Positions 7,978 through 17,890 of a stretch of 24,167 nucleotides of DNA are shown here, in pieces; the first letter of the stretch is position 1, and every line of letters starts with the position of its first letter. The stretch comes from Planctomycetota bacterium (GTDB taxonomy: Bacteria > Planctomycetota > UBA1135 > UBA2386). The stretch covers positions 1 through 24,167 of the forward strand of contig JAYUCN010000609.1 of NCBI GenBank assembly GCA_043740335.1, read 5' to 3'. The notes beneath the pieces were generated by a model. It had not been told where the DNA came from. It did no database searches and was given only the letters and a program-made list of their open reading frames with translations. The translations under genes and the position numbers were made by a program.

Positions 7978-8169
7978 CTACCCGACGAACGGGTAGAGGA
8001 AGGGTGCGACGCCCGTGGCACCGAACACGATGCCCATCAGCAGGAACACGACGAGGATCGGCGTCAGCCACCACATCCTGTTCTCGGCCATGAAGGCGAC
8101 GAACGCGGCGATCAATCCACGTTCCTTCTGGCCGGCGGCCCGCCTGAACTCATCGCCTGGCTCGTTCAC
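7978..8169 (-). CDS. DUF5989/SxtK-like small membrane protein, copy 2 (63 aa, GTG start)
   Basis: [63 protein letters not shown]; family-like WWLxP and APFxY motifs; GAGAG upstream of GTG 8169. Confidence 0.7.
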   Translation of the reverse strand: MNEPGDEFRRAAGQKERGLIAAFVAFMAENRMWWLTPILVVFLLMGIVFGATGVAPFLYPFVG

Positions 8170-8191
8170 GCCGTCTCTCGTGGTTGCCCGC

Positions 8192-8404
8192 TCACACGAA
8201 CGAGTAGAGGAAGGGCGCGACGCCCGTGGCACCGAGCACGAGCAGGATTCCCAGCAGCAGGAACACGATCATGATCGGTGTCAGCCACCACATCTTGTTC
8301 TCGGCCATGAAGGCGACGAACTCGGCGACGAGTCCACGTTCTTCCTGTCTCGCGGCCTGCAGGAACTCGTCCTTCTGCGGATCTTTGTGCATCTGTTCGC
8401 TCAT
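8192..8404 (-). CDS. DUF5989/SxtK-like small membrane protein, copy 1 (70 aa)
   Basis: [70 protein letters not shown]; starts 7 nt after the SxtJ-like stop. Confidence 0.85.
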   Translation of the reverse strand: MSEQMHKDPQKDEFLQAARQEERGLVAEFVAFMAENKMWWLTPIMIVFLLLGILLVLGATGVAPFLYSFV

Positions 8405-8411
8405 GGTCGGC

Positions 8412-8858
8412 TCAGTATAGCTTGAAGTAGCTCGACGGGTCGCGGGCAGGACCACGATCGTGCCAGTAGCTGGCCTGATCCGGCTCGAGCTTCCGTCTCA
8501 ACGCATCGCGGCCGACGAGGCGGAACACGAGCGCGATGGGCGTCATCACGAGGTAGAAGATCGTGGCCATCAGCACGTGCGAAACCACGAAGCCGATGGG
8601 GTACGCGACGAGGGTCAGCAGCTGGAACACCAGCCGCGGAATCAGCTTCTCGAGCAGTGCGCCGAAGGCACCGAGCGCTTCCTTCAGCAGCAGCTCGACA
8701 ACCGCGATGAGCACGCCAACACCGATCAGCACGAGCACCCATGGCAGGGGGAGATCGTGCCGCCACGCCAGGAAGCAGGCGATCGCAGGAAAGAGGATCA
8801 GCGACGCCCAGGCGAACTGACGCAGGAGGCGCCGGTCGGGATCGAGGTTGAGCTTCAT
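8412..8858 (-). CDS. SxtJ-family membrane protein (148 aa)
   Basis: C-terminal part of track ORF 8412-10232 from ATG 8858: LRQFAW, hydrophobic helices, PIGFVVSHVLMATIFYLVMTPIALVFRLVGRDAL...SYWHDR; 5 nt after the carbamoyltransferase stop. Confidence 0.85.
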   Translation of the reverse strand: MKLNLDPDRRLLRQFAWASLILFPAIACFLAWRHDLPLPWVLVLIGVGVLIAVVELLLKEALGAFGALLEKLIPRLVFQLLTLVAYPIGFVVSHVLMATIFYLVMTPIALVFRLVGRDALRRKLEPDQASYWHDRGPARDPSSYFKLY

Positions 8859-8863
8859 GGGCG

Positions 8864-10696
8864 TCAGTCCAGGGAGAATCCCGCCAGGTACTTCTCGCGA
8901 TCGATCACGGGCAGGTTCTTCTGCGCGGCGCGCCGGATCACGAAGTTCTCGAGCACGAGCACGTCCATCTCGGTGCCGAGGAAGCACCGCAGCGCATCCT
9001 GCGGTGTGCAGACGATCGGTTCGCCGCGCACGTTGAAGCTCGTGTTGATGAGCACGGGACAACCGGTCCGTGCCTTGAACCGGCGCATGAGGCTCGCGAG
9101 GCGCGGATTGCGCTCCGCGTCCACGGTCTGCAAGCGCGCCGAGAAGTCGACGTGGGTGACGGCGGGGATGACCGAACGCAGTTGCTTGAGCTTGTCGAGC
9201 CCACGCGCCGTCCCGTCCACGGGCTTGCGCTTGTCGTCGCGCACCGGAGCGACGACGAGCATGTAGGGACTGTCGTGCTGCGGCGCGATCTGGAAGAACT
9301 CGCTCGCATCTTCGCGCAGCACGATCGGCGCGAACGGCCGGAACGACTCGCGGAACTTGATCTTCAGGTTCATCACGCTCTGCATCTTCGACGACCTGGC
9401 GTCGCCGAGGATGCTGCGCGCACCGAGCGCGCGCGGACCGAACTCCATCGGTCCCTGGAACCAGCCGATCACGTTCTCCTGTTCGATGAGCTCCGCCACA
9501 CGATCGGCGAGCTGCGCTTCGCTGCCGCAGTCCTCGTAGACGACGTTCTGGCTGTCGAGGAATACGCGGATGTCCTTCGACTCGTAGCGCGGTCCGAGCA
9601 GGCTGCCATGTTGTGTGTCGTTGGGGGACACGCGGCGCAGCTTGCCGAGCAGGTGGTGCCAAAGGAACTGTGCGGCACCGAGCGCACCGCCCGCGTCGCC
9701 CGCGGCCGGCTGGATCCAGAGGTTGTCGAACGGTCCTTCGCGCAGGATGACGCCATTGCCCACGCAATTGAGCGCGACGCCGCCGGCGAGGCACAGGTTC
9801 TTCTTGCCCGTCACCGCGTGCGCATGGCGCGCCGTGCGCAGCATGACTTCCTCGGTCACCTTCTGGATCGATGCCGCCAGATCCATGTGGCGCTGTTCGA
9901 GCGGCGACTCCGGCCGACGCGGCGGGCCGCCGAGGAGTGCGTGGAACTTCGCGCTCGTCATCGTCAGACCCTGGCAGTAGTTGAAGTACGACAGGTCCAG
10001 GCGGTAGCTGCCGTCGTCGCGCAGGTCGATGAGGTGATCGCGGATCTGCCGCTCGAAGCGCGGCTCGCCGTAGGGTGCGAGCCCCATGAGCTTGTACTCG
10101 CCGCTGTTGACCTTGAAGCCGCAGTAGAAGGTGAAGGCCGAGTAGAGGAGACCGAGCGAGTGGGGGAAGCGGATCTCTTTCAGGAGTCGCAGCTTGTTGC
10201 CCTCGCCGACGCCGAGCGACGTCGTCGCCCATTCGCCGACTCCGTCCATCGTCACGATCGCGGCCTCCTCGAACGGCGACGGATAGAACGCGGACGCAGC
10301 GTGGCTCTCGTGGTGCTCCGGGAAGACGTAGCGGTTTTTCGGTTTGGTGCCGAGGCTCCGGTCGAGCAAACGCCGCATGTTGAGCTTCTCGCCGAGCAGG
10401 ATGGGCACTGATTTGGCGAACGACCTGAGGCCGAGCGGCGCGTAGCCGAGGAAGGTCTCGATGACGCGGTGGAACTTCAGGATCGGCTTGTCATAGAAGG
10501 CGACGAAGTCGACGTCCGCCGCACGGATGCCGGCACGAACGAGGCAGAACTCGACGGCGCGGAACGGGAACGCTGCGTCGTGCTTCTTGCGCGTGAACCG
10601 TTCTTCCTGGGCCGCCCCGACGATCTCGCCGTCGCGCAACAGGCACGCGGCGGAGTCGTGGTAGAAAGCCGAAATGCCGAGGACGTAGGCGGTCAT
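8864..10696 (-). CDS. O-carbamoyltransferase, NodU/CmcH/SxtI family (610 aa)
   Basis: LGISAFYHDSAA, AQEERFTRKKHD, HHESHAASAF, DGVGE, SGEYKLMGLAPYG, LAGGVALNCVGN, MEFGPRALGARSIL, LINTSFNVRGEPIV. Start ATG 10696. Confidence 0.95.
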   Translation of the reverse strand: MTAYVLGISAFYHDSAACLLRDGEIVGAAQEERFTRKKHDAAFPFRAVEFCLVRAGIRAADVDFVAFYDKPILKFHRVIETFLGYAPLGLRSFAKSVPILLGEKLNMRRLLDRSLGTKPKNRYVFPEHHESHAASAFYPSPFEEAAIVTMDGVGEWATTSLGVGEGNKLRLLKEIRFPHSLGLLYSAFTFYCGFKVNSGEYKLMGLAPYGEPRFERQIRDHLIDLRDDGSYRLDLSYFNYCQGLTMTSAKFHALLGGPPRRPESPLEQRHMDLAASIQKVTEEVMLRTARHAHAVTGKKNLCLAGGVALNCVGNGVILREGPFDNLWIQPAAGDAGGALGAAQFLWHHLLGKLRRVSPNDTQHGSLLGPRYESKDIRVFLDSQNVVYEDCGSEAQLADRVAELIEQENVIGWFQGPMEFGPRALGARSILGDARSSKMQSVMNLKIKFRESFRPFAPIVLREDASEFFQIAPQHDSPYMLVVAPVRDDKRKPVDGTARGLDKLKQLRSVIPAVTHVDFSARLQTVDAERNPRLASLMRRFKARTGCPVLINTSFNVRGEPIVCTPQDALRCFLGTEMDVLVLENFVIRRAAQKNLPVIDREKYLAGFSLD

Positions 10697-10849
10697 GGGG
10701 GACTGAGGCCAGACGCCGCAGTTCACTCTCTGAGAATGGCGGCGCAGTATGCGTCGGTAGCAGCATCGTGGCACGCAAAAGTACGCTCGTGCCCCACCCC
10801 TGGAAGACCTTGGGTGTCGCAGGGACAGCGGGCAAGTTAGTCTTCGGCG

Positions 10850-12007
10850 ATGCAACGTACGGCGTCGACGAAGCGGAGAGCCGGTCCCCGCTTACTGCTC
10901 GCGCTGCTGGCGACAGCCGTCGCCCTCGTCCTTTGCGAAGTTGCCGTTCGTCTCTTCGTGCCGGTTGAAGCCCCGCAGCTTGGTCAGGTGAGCTACGCGA
11001 ACGGTGATGGCACGCAGATCACCCGTGAGGACGCCTTCGCTCGAGGACTCATCGTTCCCGTCGAAAAGACCAAGACCCCGCGAGACCGTCTGATGGTCGC
11101 GCCGGCACAGAAGTTCTTCCTCTGCTACACCGATGCGAAGAAGCTGAGGCGCGCATGGTTCGATGACCAGGGGCGGGTTCGGATCCGCATCAATCGCTTC
11201 GGTCTGCGCGAACGTGACGAGATCACCCAAGAGAAACCTGTCGGACAGAAACGCATCGTGTGCGTCGGTGACTCATTCACCTTCGGATGGGGGATACCGG
11301 AGGAAGACGGCTGGGTGAGGCGGCTGGAGGATGAACTGCGCAAGGCAGGGTCGGATGTGCGCACGGTAAACTGCGGCTGGGCAGGCACGGTCTGCGTCGA
11401 CGAGTACTGGTGGGGCCTGCAGCACCGCTTCCATGTGTTCGGACCCGACGCGGTCATCGTCACCATCTGCTTGAACGACCTCATCCCGAGCAGCGGGCTC
11501 AACCTGATCGACCCGCAGAGGACCACGGGCATCCGCATTCTCGACCTGCTGCTCGGTGCAGTGGGTCGCAGCCCGCTTGACCTCGATCCGTCCCGCGACT
11601 GGGTGCAGGAACTTCTCGACTTGCCTAGGCAGCAAGCCATCGACTCACGTCTGGCAGGTCCGGACAAGCCGTTCGAAGCAATGTGGTCGCAGGGGGTACC
11701 CCAGGCTTCCCTGCGCGCCATGAAGAGCTGGTGCGACGAACGCAAGATTCCGCTGATGGTCATCTTGTGGCCGTTCCTCCAAGGGCTTGGCGAAGGTCGT
11801 TTCTACCCATTCCGCAAGCTCCACGAGCTCGTCGCCGCGGACTGCAAGGCGGCCGCGATTCCTTACCTCGACGTGATGCCTGCGCTCGCCGGTACCCGCG
11901 ACGAGGACCTGTGGGTGACGCCGGCCGATCCCCATCCGAACCCGCTCGCGCAAAGCCTTGCGCTGCCGAAGATCTTTCAGTTCGTGACGACCCACTGCCG
12001 CTTTTGA
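10850..12007 (+). CDS. Membrane-anchored SGNH/GDSL-family protein
   Basis: N-terminal basic residues plus TM (RLLLALLATAVALVLCEVAVRLF); block I VGDSFTFG (Ser codon 11273-11275); CLND; C-terminal DPHPN (11927-11941). Confidence 0.88.
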   Translation: MQRTASTKRRAGPRLLLALLATAVALVLCEVAVRLFVPVEAPQLGQVSYANGDGTQITREDAFARGLIVPVEKTKTPRDRLMVAPAQKFFLCYTDAKKLRRAWFDDQGRVRIRINRFGLRERDEITQEKPVGQKRIVCVGDSFTFGWGIPEEDGWVRRLEDELRKAGSDVRTVNCGWAGTVCVDEYWWGLQHRFHVFGPDAVIVTICLNDLIPSSGLNLIDPQRTTGIRILDLLLGAVGRSPLDLDPSRDWVQELLDLPRQQAIDSRLAGPDKPFEAMWSQGVPQASLRAMKSWCDERKIPLMVILWPFLQGLGEGRFYPFRKLHELVAADCKAAAIPYLDVMPALAGTRDEDLWVTPADPHPNPLAQSLALPKIFQFVTTHCRF

Positions 12008-12009
12008 GC

Positions 12010-12037
12010 AGCAGCCCATCGCGCCGATGGGTGCTTT
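12010..12037 (+). terminator. Probable intrinsic terminator after the SGNH gene
   Basis: AGCA(G)CCCATCG-CGC-CGATGGG-TGCT hairpin just after stop 12007, followed by a short T run. Confidence 0.4.
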
Positions 12038-12123
12038 GGAGCCAGACCGAAGCAGCGCTGAAGCAGACACACACGGATCGCATCGCCTTGGCCCCTTCAA
12101 GGTCGATTCTCAGAACTCTGAAA

Positions 12124-12152
12124 TTGACCCGGCGGCTACGTTCTTTTACAGG
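12124..12152 (+). promoter_or_regulatory. Possible sigma-70 promoter of the act operon
   Basis: TTGACC at 12124-12129, 17-nt spacer, TACAGG at 12147-12152, in the AT-richer intergenic region; the -10 match is weak. Confidence 0.2.
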
Positions 12153-12323
12153 GGTTGCCCTTTGGGCTAGCCCGCTCGTGCTCTCCCAACTTTGGTTCCC
12201 GCCACAGCCAATCGGTATGGCGGCTGTCGGGAGGCAGGTTGGGGCACCTGACCCGACGCGCACGCAGGGCTATCCGTAATTCCAGCGACCGCAAACTGTC
12301 CCCACCCGCGGAGGGGATCCACC

Positions 12324-13001
12324 TTGACCGTCCTGTTCCCGAAGTGGACCAACAAGTTGCCTGCCTTGCTCGCGCTCGGCGCGGCGGCGACCGGTCTGTT
12401 CGTGGTGTTCGTGGTGAACTTCTGGTTCTCGCCAAAGCACACGGATGTCGGCTACCAACCGTACCAGCCCATTCCCTACAGCCACAAGCTCCATGCGGGC
12501 ACGCTGGGCATGGACTGCCGCTACTGCCACCGTCTCGTCGAAGAAGGTCCGCATGCGACGGTGCCCGACGCGCAGACCTGCATGGGCTGCCACTTGAAAG
12601 TGAAGCCGGACAGCATCTCGCTCGAGCCGCTGCGACTGGCGCTGCCAGTCGGCCAGCCCGAAGGCCCGCCAATCCAGTGGATCAAGGTGCACCTGTTGCC
12701 CCAGCACGCGTACTTCAACCACGCCGTGCACATCCGGGTCGGAGTCGGGTGCGTGAGCTGCCACGGTCGCATCGACGAAATGGAGATCGTGCGGCAGGCC
12801 GAGCCCCTCAGCATGGGTTGGTGCATCGAGTGCCACCGCGATCCCACGTCCCACCTTCGCCCCGCTGCTGTCGCGGTGACCAAGATGGACTGGGTTGCCG
12901 ACCCTGCCAGCATCACCGCCGCCAAGCGGCGGCTCGAGTGGCAGGGTGAAACCCGGCCCGAGCTGAACCCCCCGACCTACTGCTCGGCATGCCACCGATG
13001 A
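12324..13001 (+). CDS. actA: Alternative complex III pentaheme cytochrome c subunit ActA
   Basis: N-terminal TM, YQPYQPIPYSHKLHAG, five CxxCH motifs (CRYCH, CMGCH, CVSCH, CIECH, CSACH). TTG start with GGAGGGG SD at 12310-12316. Confidence 0.93.
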   Translation: MTVLFPKWTNKLPALLALGAAATGLFVVFVVNFWFSPKHTDVGYQPYQPIPYSHKLHAGTLGMDCRYCHRLVEEGPHATVPDAQTCMGCHLKVKPDSISLEPLRLALPVGQPEGPPIQWIKVHLLPQHAYFNHAVHIRVGVGCVSCHGRIDEMEIVRQAEPLSMGWCIECHRDPTSHLRPAAVAVTKMDWVADPASITAAKRRLEWQGETRPELNPPTYCSACHR

Positions 13002-16000
13002 CCAGCGTCCCGACCAAACCGGTGTTCACGATGAACGAGCCGCCGCCACACGAGTCGCAGCACAACGAGCCATCCCACGGGCCAGCGGTCAACGAGCCCT
13101 TGGTGACCGAGGCAGTGGGCACCACCCATTGGCGCAGCCTCGATGAGTTGGAGAACTCGCCGGCGTTCCAGGACAACTTCCAGGACTTCGTCGCGCGCGA
13201 GTTTCCGGAGGGCATCAGCGACGCCCCCGACGAGGTGTCGCGCCGCGGGTTCCTCAGCGTCGTCGCCGCTTCGGTAGCCCTGGCCGGCCTGACCAGCTGC
13301 CGCAAACCCGAGACGAAGATCCTGCCGTTCAACAAGCGGCCCGAAGGGTTCAAACCTGGCATCCCGCACTTCTATGCGACGACGCTGACGCGCCACGGCT
13401 ACGGCATCGGCGTGCTCGTCAAGAGCAGCGACGGTCGGCCGACGAAGATCGAAGGCAACCCCGACCATCCGAGCAGCCGCGGTGGTTCGGACCTCCAACT
13501 GCATGCCGAGTTGCTGCAGCTCTACGACCCAGGTCGCAGTCGCAAGGCGCGCGGACCGATCAAGACGGCGGCGGCGGACGCTCATGGTGGGGACGAGCAC
13601 GGCCATGGTCACGAAGGGCCCGCCGAACCGGTGGTCGACGTCTGGGTCGAGTTCCGCAAGTGGCTCGAGGAAGCCTCGAAGGACCTCGTCAGCATCAAGC
13701 AGGGTGAAGGTCTGCACATCCTGATGCCGCCCTGCTCGTCGCCGTCGCTGCTGGCGGTCGTCGATCGCATGAAGAAGGGCAGCTTCCCGAAAGCGCGCTT
13801 CCACACTTGGTCGGCGCTGCACGCGGACAACGAGCTCGCCGGTGCGCAGCTGGCGTTCGGTCGCGCCATCGCCACGCACTACGACTTCAGCAAGGCCGAC
13901 GTCGTGGTGTCGCTCGACAGCGACTTCCTCGCCAACGACGGCAACAACCTGGGCAACGCCCGCTCCTGGGCAACGACGCGACGCCAACCAGTGCCTGGCA
14001 AGAAGCTCTCGCGTCTCTACGTCGCCGAATCGACGTTCAGCACGACAGGCACGGCGGCCGACCATCGCTTCCGCACCAAGGCCGGTGACATCCCCGCCGT
14101 GGCCTTCGCCCTGGCCAAGGCACTTGGCATCGGCAGTGGCAGCGACCTCGCGCAAGCCCTCGAGACCCACTCGCCCGACACGTTCCAGAAGAACGGCAAG
14201 AAGTGGGTCGAGGTGATCGCCAAGGACCTGCAGTCGGCGCGCGGCCGCTGCATCGTGCTGGCCGGTCCACGCCAACCGGCGTCCGTTCACGCCATCGTGC
14301 ATGCGATCAACGAGGCCCTCGGCGGCGTTGGTCAGAACGTCGGTCAGACGGTGTGGTTCACGGCCGTGCCCGAGTCGATGCAGGCGAGTTGTGTGGCCTC
14401 GATCCAGGAGTTGCGCAACGCGATCGACCAGGGCACCTGCGACACGCTGGTGTGCCTCGGCAGCAACCCCGCTCACGACGCCCCAGCGGATCTCAAGTTC
14501 GGCGAGCTGCTGAAGACCAAGAAGCCAAAGACCACGATCCACGTCGGTGCCTACGACGACGAAACCGGCGAACTGTGCGACTGGCATTTCCCACAAGCCC
14601 ACGAGCTCGAGTGCTGGGGCGATGCGCGGGCACACGACGGCACGGTCTCGCTGCAGCAACCGCTCGTTCTGCCGCTGCACGGCGGTGTCTCCGCACTCGA
14701 GTTCCTCGCCTTCCTGAACCAGGATGCCCTCCGCGACGCGACCTTCGAGGATCTGGTCGGCAAGCGCGACACGACCTTCGGCTACGAACTCGTGAAGGCC
14801 TACTGGCAGACCAAATTGGGCGCGGCCGACTTTGCCACCAACGGGTGGCCCAAGTCTCTGCACGAAGGCCTCGTCGCCGATTCGTCGTTCCCAATCGAGA
14901 ACGTGAAGGTGAATCCCGCGGGAATCGCCGGCGGTGTGCGCAGCTACAACCGACCGACTGGCATCGAGGTCGTGCTGCGCGGCTGCCCGAAGATGGGCGA
15001 CGGTCGCTACGCCAACAATTCCTGGATGCAGGAGATCCCGGACCCACTCACGAAGTTGAGCTGGAACAACGCGGCGTTGGTCAGCATGGCGACGGCCAAG
15101 CAGCTCAACGTGCAAAACGGTGACTGGCTGACGATCACCGCGGGTGCCGGTGGTGGTTCCCTGCAGATCCCGGCGTGGATCCTGCCTGGCCACGCGGACG
15201 ACAGTGTGACGATCCACCTCGGCTGGGGTCGTTCACTGCCCGAAACCTGCAAGGTCGCACACGGCAACGGTTTCAACGGCTACGTGCTGCGCACCACCGC
15301 TACCCAGTGGATCGTGGCGGGGGCACAGGTGCGGCGCGGTCAGGGCAACTACCCGCTCGTCTGCACGCAGGACCACGGCACCATGGTCGGCCGCGCCATC
15401 GTGCGCGAGACCACCGCCGCGAAGAACGCGCAGGACCCGCGCTGGGCGCCGAAGCGGTCACCGCTCGATCAGGCGGCGCGCGTGCACGACGAGAAGGGCA
15501 CCGAAGCCGACCTTGCCCACTCGCTGTGGACGGAGCGCTTCGATCCGGCCCGCAACGACCCCGAGGTCAGGAAGTCGCGCTACCAGTGGGGCATGGTGAT
15601 CGACCTCAACGCCTGCACGGGTTGCAGCGCGTGCATCGTCGCCTGCGTCGCCGAGAACAACATTCCGATGGTCGGCAAGATCCAGGTCGCGCGCAACCGC
15701 GAGATGTTCTGGATCCGCGCCGATCGCTACTTCAGTTCGGTTGCCGACACCAAGGCTGCGGGTGGGGCGAAGAAGGACGTCACGTACGCCGACAAGCTCG
15801 AGATGGCCGAGGACCCGCAGGTGTCCAACATGCCGGTGCCCTGCATGCAGTGCGAGAACGCGCCCTGCGAATCGGTCTGCCCGGTGGCCGCGACCACGCA
15901 CAGTCCCGACGGGCTCAACGACATGGTCTACAACCGCTGCATCGGCACCCGCTACTGCAGCAACAACTGCCCCTACAAGGTCCGCCGCTTCAACTACCTC

Positions 16001-16375
16001 GACTACCTCGGCACCGTGCCCGACACCAAGCGCATGGCGTTCAACCCGGACGTCACCGTGCGCAGCCGCGGTGTGATGGAGAAGTGCACCTACTGCGTGC
16101 AGCGCATCAACGGCGGTCGCATCGAGGCCAAGATGACCGGCAAGACGGTCGGTGACGGCAAGGACGACGTGCACGTCACGACCGCGTGCGCCCAGGCTTG
16201 CCCGACGCAGGCGATCACCTTCGGCAACATCCTGGAAAAAACCAGCGCCGTCAGCATGCAGAAGGCCCTCGATCTCAACTACGGGCTGCTGTCCGAGCTC
16301 AACACGAAGCCGCGCACGACGTACCTGGGTCGCGTGCGGAATCCCAATCCCGAACTCCAACCCGAGCTGGCCTGA
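12998..16375 (+). CDS. actB: Alternative complex III subunit ActB (molybdopterin-oxidoreductase-like domain fused to an Fe-S domain), Tat lipoprotein
   Basis: [14 protein letters not shown] Tat motif with LTSC lipobox; Fe-S motifs [48 protein letters not shown] 12998 overlaps the actA stop (ATGA). Confidence 0.93.
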   Translation: MTSVPTKPVFTMNEPPPHESQHNEPSHGPAVNEPLVTEAVGTTHWRSLDELENSPAFQDNFQDFVAREFPEGISDAPDEVSRRGFLSVVAASVALAGLTSCRKPETKILPFNKRPEGFKPGIPHFYATTLTRHGYGIGVLVKSSDGRPTKIEGNPDHPSSRGGSDLQLHAELLQLYDPGRSRKARGPIKTAAADAHGGDEHGHGHEGPAEPVVDVWVEFRKWLEEASKDLVSIKQGEGLHILMPPCSSPSLLAVVDRMKKGSFPKARFHTWSALHADNELAGAQLAFGRAIATHYDFSKADVVVSLDSDFLANDGNNLGNARSWATTRRQPVPGKKLSRLYVAESTFSTTGTAADHRFRTKAGDIPAVAFALAKALGIGSGSDLAQALETHSPDTFQKNGKKWVEVIAKDLQSARGRCIVLAGPRQPASVHAIVHAINEALGGVGQNVGQTVWFTAVPESMQASCVASIQELRNAIDQGTCDTLVCLGSNPAHDAPADLKFGELLKTKKPKTTIHVGAYDDETGELCDWHFPQAHELECWGDARAHDGTVSLQQPLVLPLHGGVSALEFLAFLNQDALRDATFEDLVGKRDTTFGYELVKAYWQTKLGAADFATNGWPKSLHEGLVADSSFPIENVKVNPAGIAGGVRSYNRPTGIEVVLRGCPKMGDGRYANNSWMQEIPDPLTKLSWNNAALVSMATAKQLNVQNGDWLTITAGAGGGSLQIPAWILPGHADDSVTIHLGWGRSLPETCKVAHGNGFNGYVLRTTATQWIVAGAQVRRGQGNYPLVCTQDHGTMVGRAIVRETTAAKNAQDPRWAPKRSPLDQAARVHDEKGTEADLAHSLWTERFDPARNDPEVRKSRYQWGMVIDLNACTGCSACIVACVAENNIPMVGKIQVARNREMFWIRADRYFSSVADTKAAGGAKKDVTYADKLEMAEDPQVSNMPVPCMQCENAPCESVCPVAATTHSPDGLNDMVYNRCIGTRYCSNNCPYKVRRFNYLDYLGTVPDTKRMAFNPDVTVRSRGVMEKCTYCVQRINGGRIEAKMTGKTVGDGKDDVHVTTACAQACPTQAITFGNILEKTSAVSMQKALDLNYGLLSELNTKPRTTYLGRVRNPNPELQPELA

Positions 16376-16379
16376 TCCG

Positions 16380-17870
16380 ATGACCGCCACACGAGTTGCC
16401 CCGTTGCAGGTCGTCGACGAGCCGGAGAACCCGCTGCGCCGGCCACCGCTCGTCGAAGGCAAGAACGACTTCGCGTCGGTCACCGACCTCATCGCGGGTG
16501 TCGCCGAGAGAAGGACACCGCGCGGCTGGTACCTGATGTTCGGCGTGTCGGTCGCACTGTTCCTGAACCTCGGCGCGATGCTCGGGTACCTGTTCTTCAC
16601 GGGTGTGGGCGTGTGGGGCAACAACGTGCCCGTCGGCTGGGGCTGGCCGATCGTCAACTTCGTGTTCTGGATCGGCATCGGCCACGCCGGCACACTGATC
16701 AGCGCGATCCTCTTCCTGTTCCGGCAAAAGTGGCGCACGTCGATCAACCGCGCATCCGAGGCCATGACCATCTTCGCGGTCATGGCGGCGGGCATCTTCC
16801 CGGCGATCCACGTCGGGCGCATCTGGGTCATCTACTGGGTGTTCCCGGTACCGAACCAGATGTCGTTGTGGCCCAACTTCAAGAGCCCGCTGCTCTGGGA
16901 CGTGTTCGCCGTCAGCACCTACTTCACGGTCTCGGCGCTGTTCTGGTTCGTCGGCCTCGTGCCCGACCTCGCCACCTTCCGCGATCGCGCCGCCAAGGCC
17001 GGCCGCACGATCGCTGCGCGCGCCTACGGCGTGTTCGCGATGGGCTGGCACGGCAGCACCCGCCACTGGGGGCACTACGAGAAGGCCTACCTGATCCTGG
17101 CCGCGCTGAGCACGCCGCTCGTGTTGTCGGTGCACTCGATCGTGTCCTTCGACTTCGCGGTGTCGATCGTGCCCGGCTGGCACACCACGATCTTCCCGCC
17201 CTACTTCGTCGCGGGCGCCATCTTCTCGGGCTTCGGCATGGTGCTGACCCTCATGATCCCGGCGCGCCAGTGGCTCGGTCTGCAAGAGCTCGTCACGCTG
17301 AACCACCTCGACAACATCGCCAAGATCCTGCTGCTGACGGGCACCATGGTCGGCTACGCGTACGGGATCGAGTTCTTCATCGCCTGGTACAGCCAGGTCG
17401 ACTACGAGCAGTTCGCGTTCATCAATCGCGCGACCGGCCCCTACTGGTGGGCGTACTGGACCATGGTGACGTGCAACGTCGTCAGCCCGCAGTTCTTCTG
17501 GTTCCGCGCGCTGCGGCGCAACCCGCTGGTGTTGTTCGTCATCTCGATCTTCGTCAACATCGGCATGTGGTTCGAGCGCTTCGTGATCGTGTGCACGTCG
17601 CTGAACCGCGACTTCCTGCCGTCGAGCTGGGGCTACTTCACGCCAACGCTCATCGACATCCTCACCTACGCCGGCAGCTTCGGCCTGTTCTTCACCTTCT
17701 TCCTGCTGTTCTGCCGGTTCCTGCCGATCCTCGCGATCAGCGAAGTGAAGGGCGTGATGCCGCAAGCCAACCCGCACCACGGTCACGACACCCACCACGG
17801 CGAGCCCCGCCACCACGGGGGTCACGCCCACCCCGCTGGCCACCAACCCGCTGGCCAAGGTACCCACTGA
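16380..17870 (+). CDS. actC: Alternative complex III quinol-oxidising membrane subunit ActC (NrfD/PsrC family)
   Basis: [99 protein letters not shown] 16380 is in frame with track ORF 16152-17870. Confidence 0.95.
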   Translation: MTATRVAPLQVVDEPENPLRRPPLVEGKNDFASVTDLIAGVAERRTPRGWYLMFGVSVALFLNLGAMLGYLFFTGVGVWGNNVPVGWGWPIVNFVFWIGIGHAGTLISAILFLFRQKWRTSINRASEAMTIFAVMAAGIFPAIHVGRIWVIYWVFPVPNQMSLWPNFKSPLLWDVFAVSTYFTVSALFWFVGLVPDLATFRDRAAKAGRTIAARAYGVFAMGWHGSTRHWGHYEKAYLILAALSTPLVLSVHSIVSFDFAVSIVPGWHTTIFPPYFVAGAIFSGFGMVLTLMIPARQWLGLQELVTLNHLDNIAKILLLTGTMVGYAYGIEFFIAWYSQVDYEQFAFINRATGPYWWAYWTMVTCNVVSPQFFWFRALRRNPLVLFVISIFVNIGMWFERFVIVCTSLNRDFLPSSWGYFTPTLIDILTYAGSFGLFFTFFLLFCRFLPILAISEVKGVMPQANPHHGHDTHHGEPRHHGGHAHPAGHQPAGQGTH

Positions 17871-17890
17871 GGAGACCTCAGGAATCGCCC

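Noticed and set aside
8412-10232. Apparent 606-aa fusion ending in the SxtJ domain
   Set aside because: The N-terminal ~458 aa is an off-frame read of the carbamoyltransferase, which has its own stop at 8864; the SxtJ-like gene starts at ATG 8858.
7978-10696. Saxitoxin biosynthesis cluster (sxtI/J/K similarity)
   Set aside because: No sxtA, amidinotransferase or other toxin genes in the window; this trio is widespread outside toxin clusters.
12998-15500. ActB as an active molybdoenzyme
   Set aside because: Established ACIII structures show this domain carries no molybdopterin, and the operon context is clearly ACIII.
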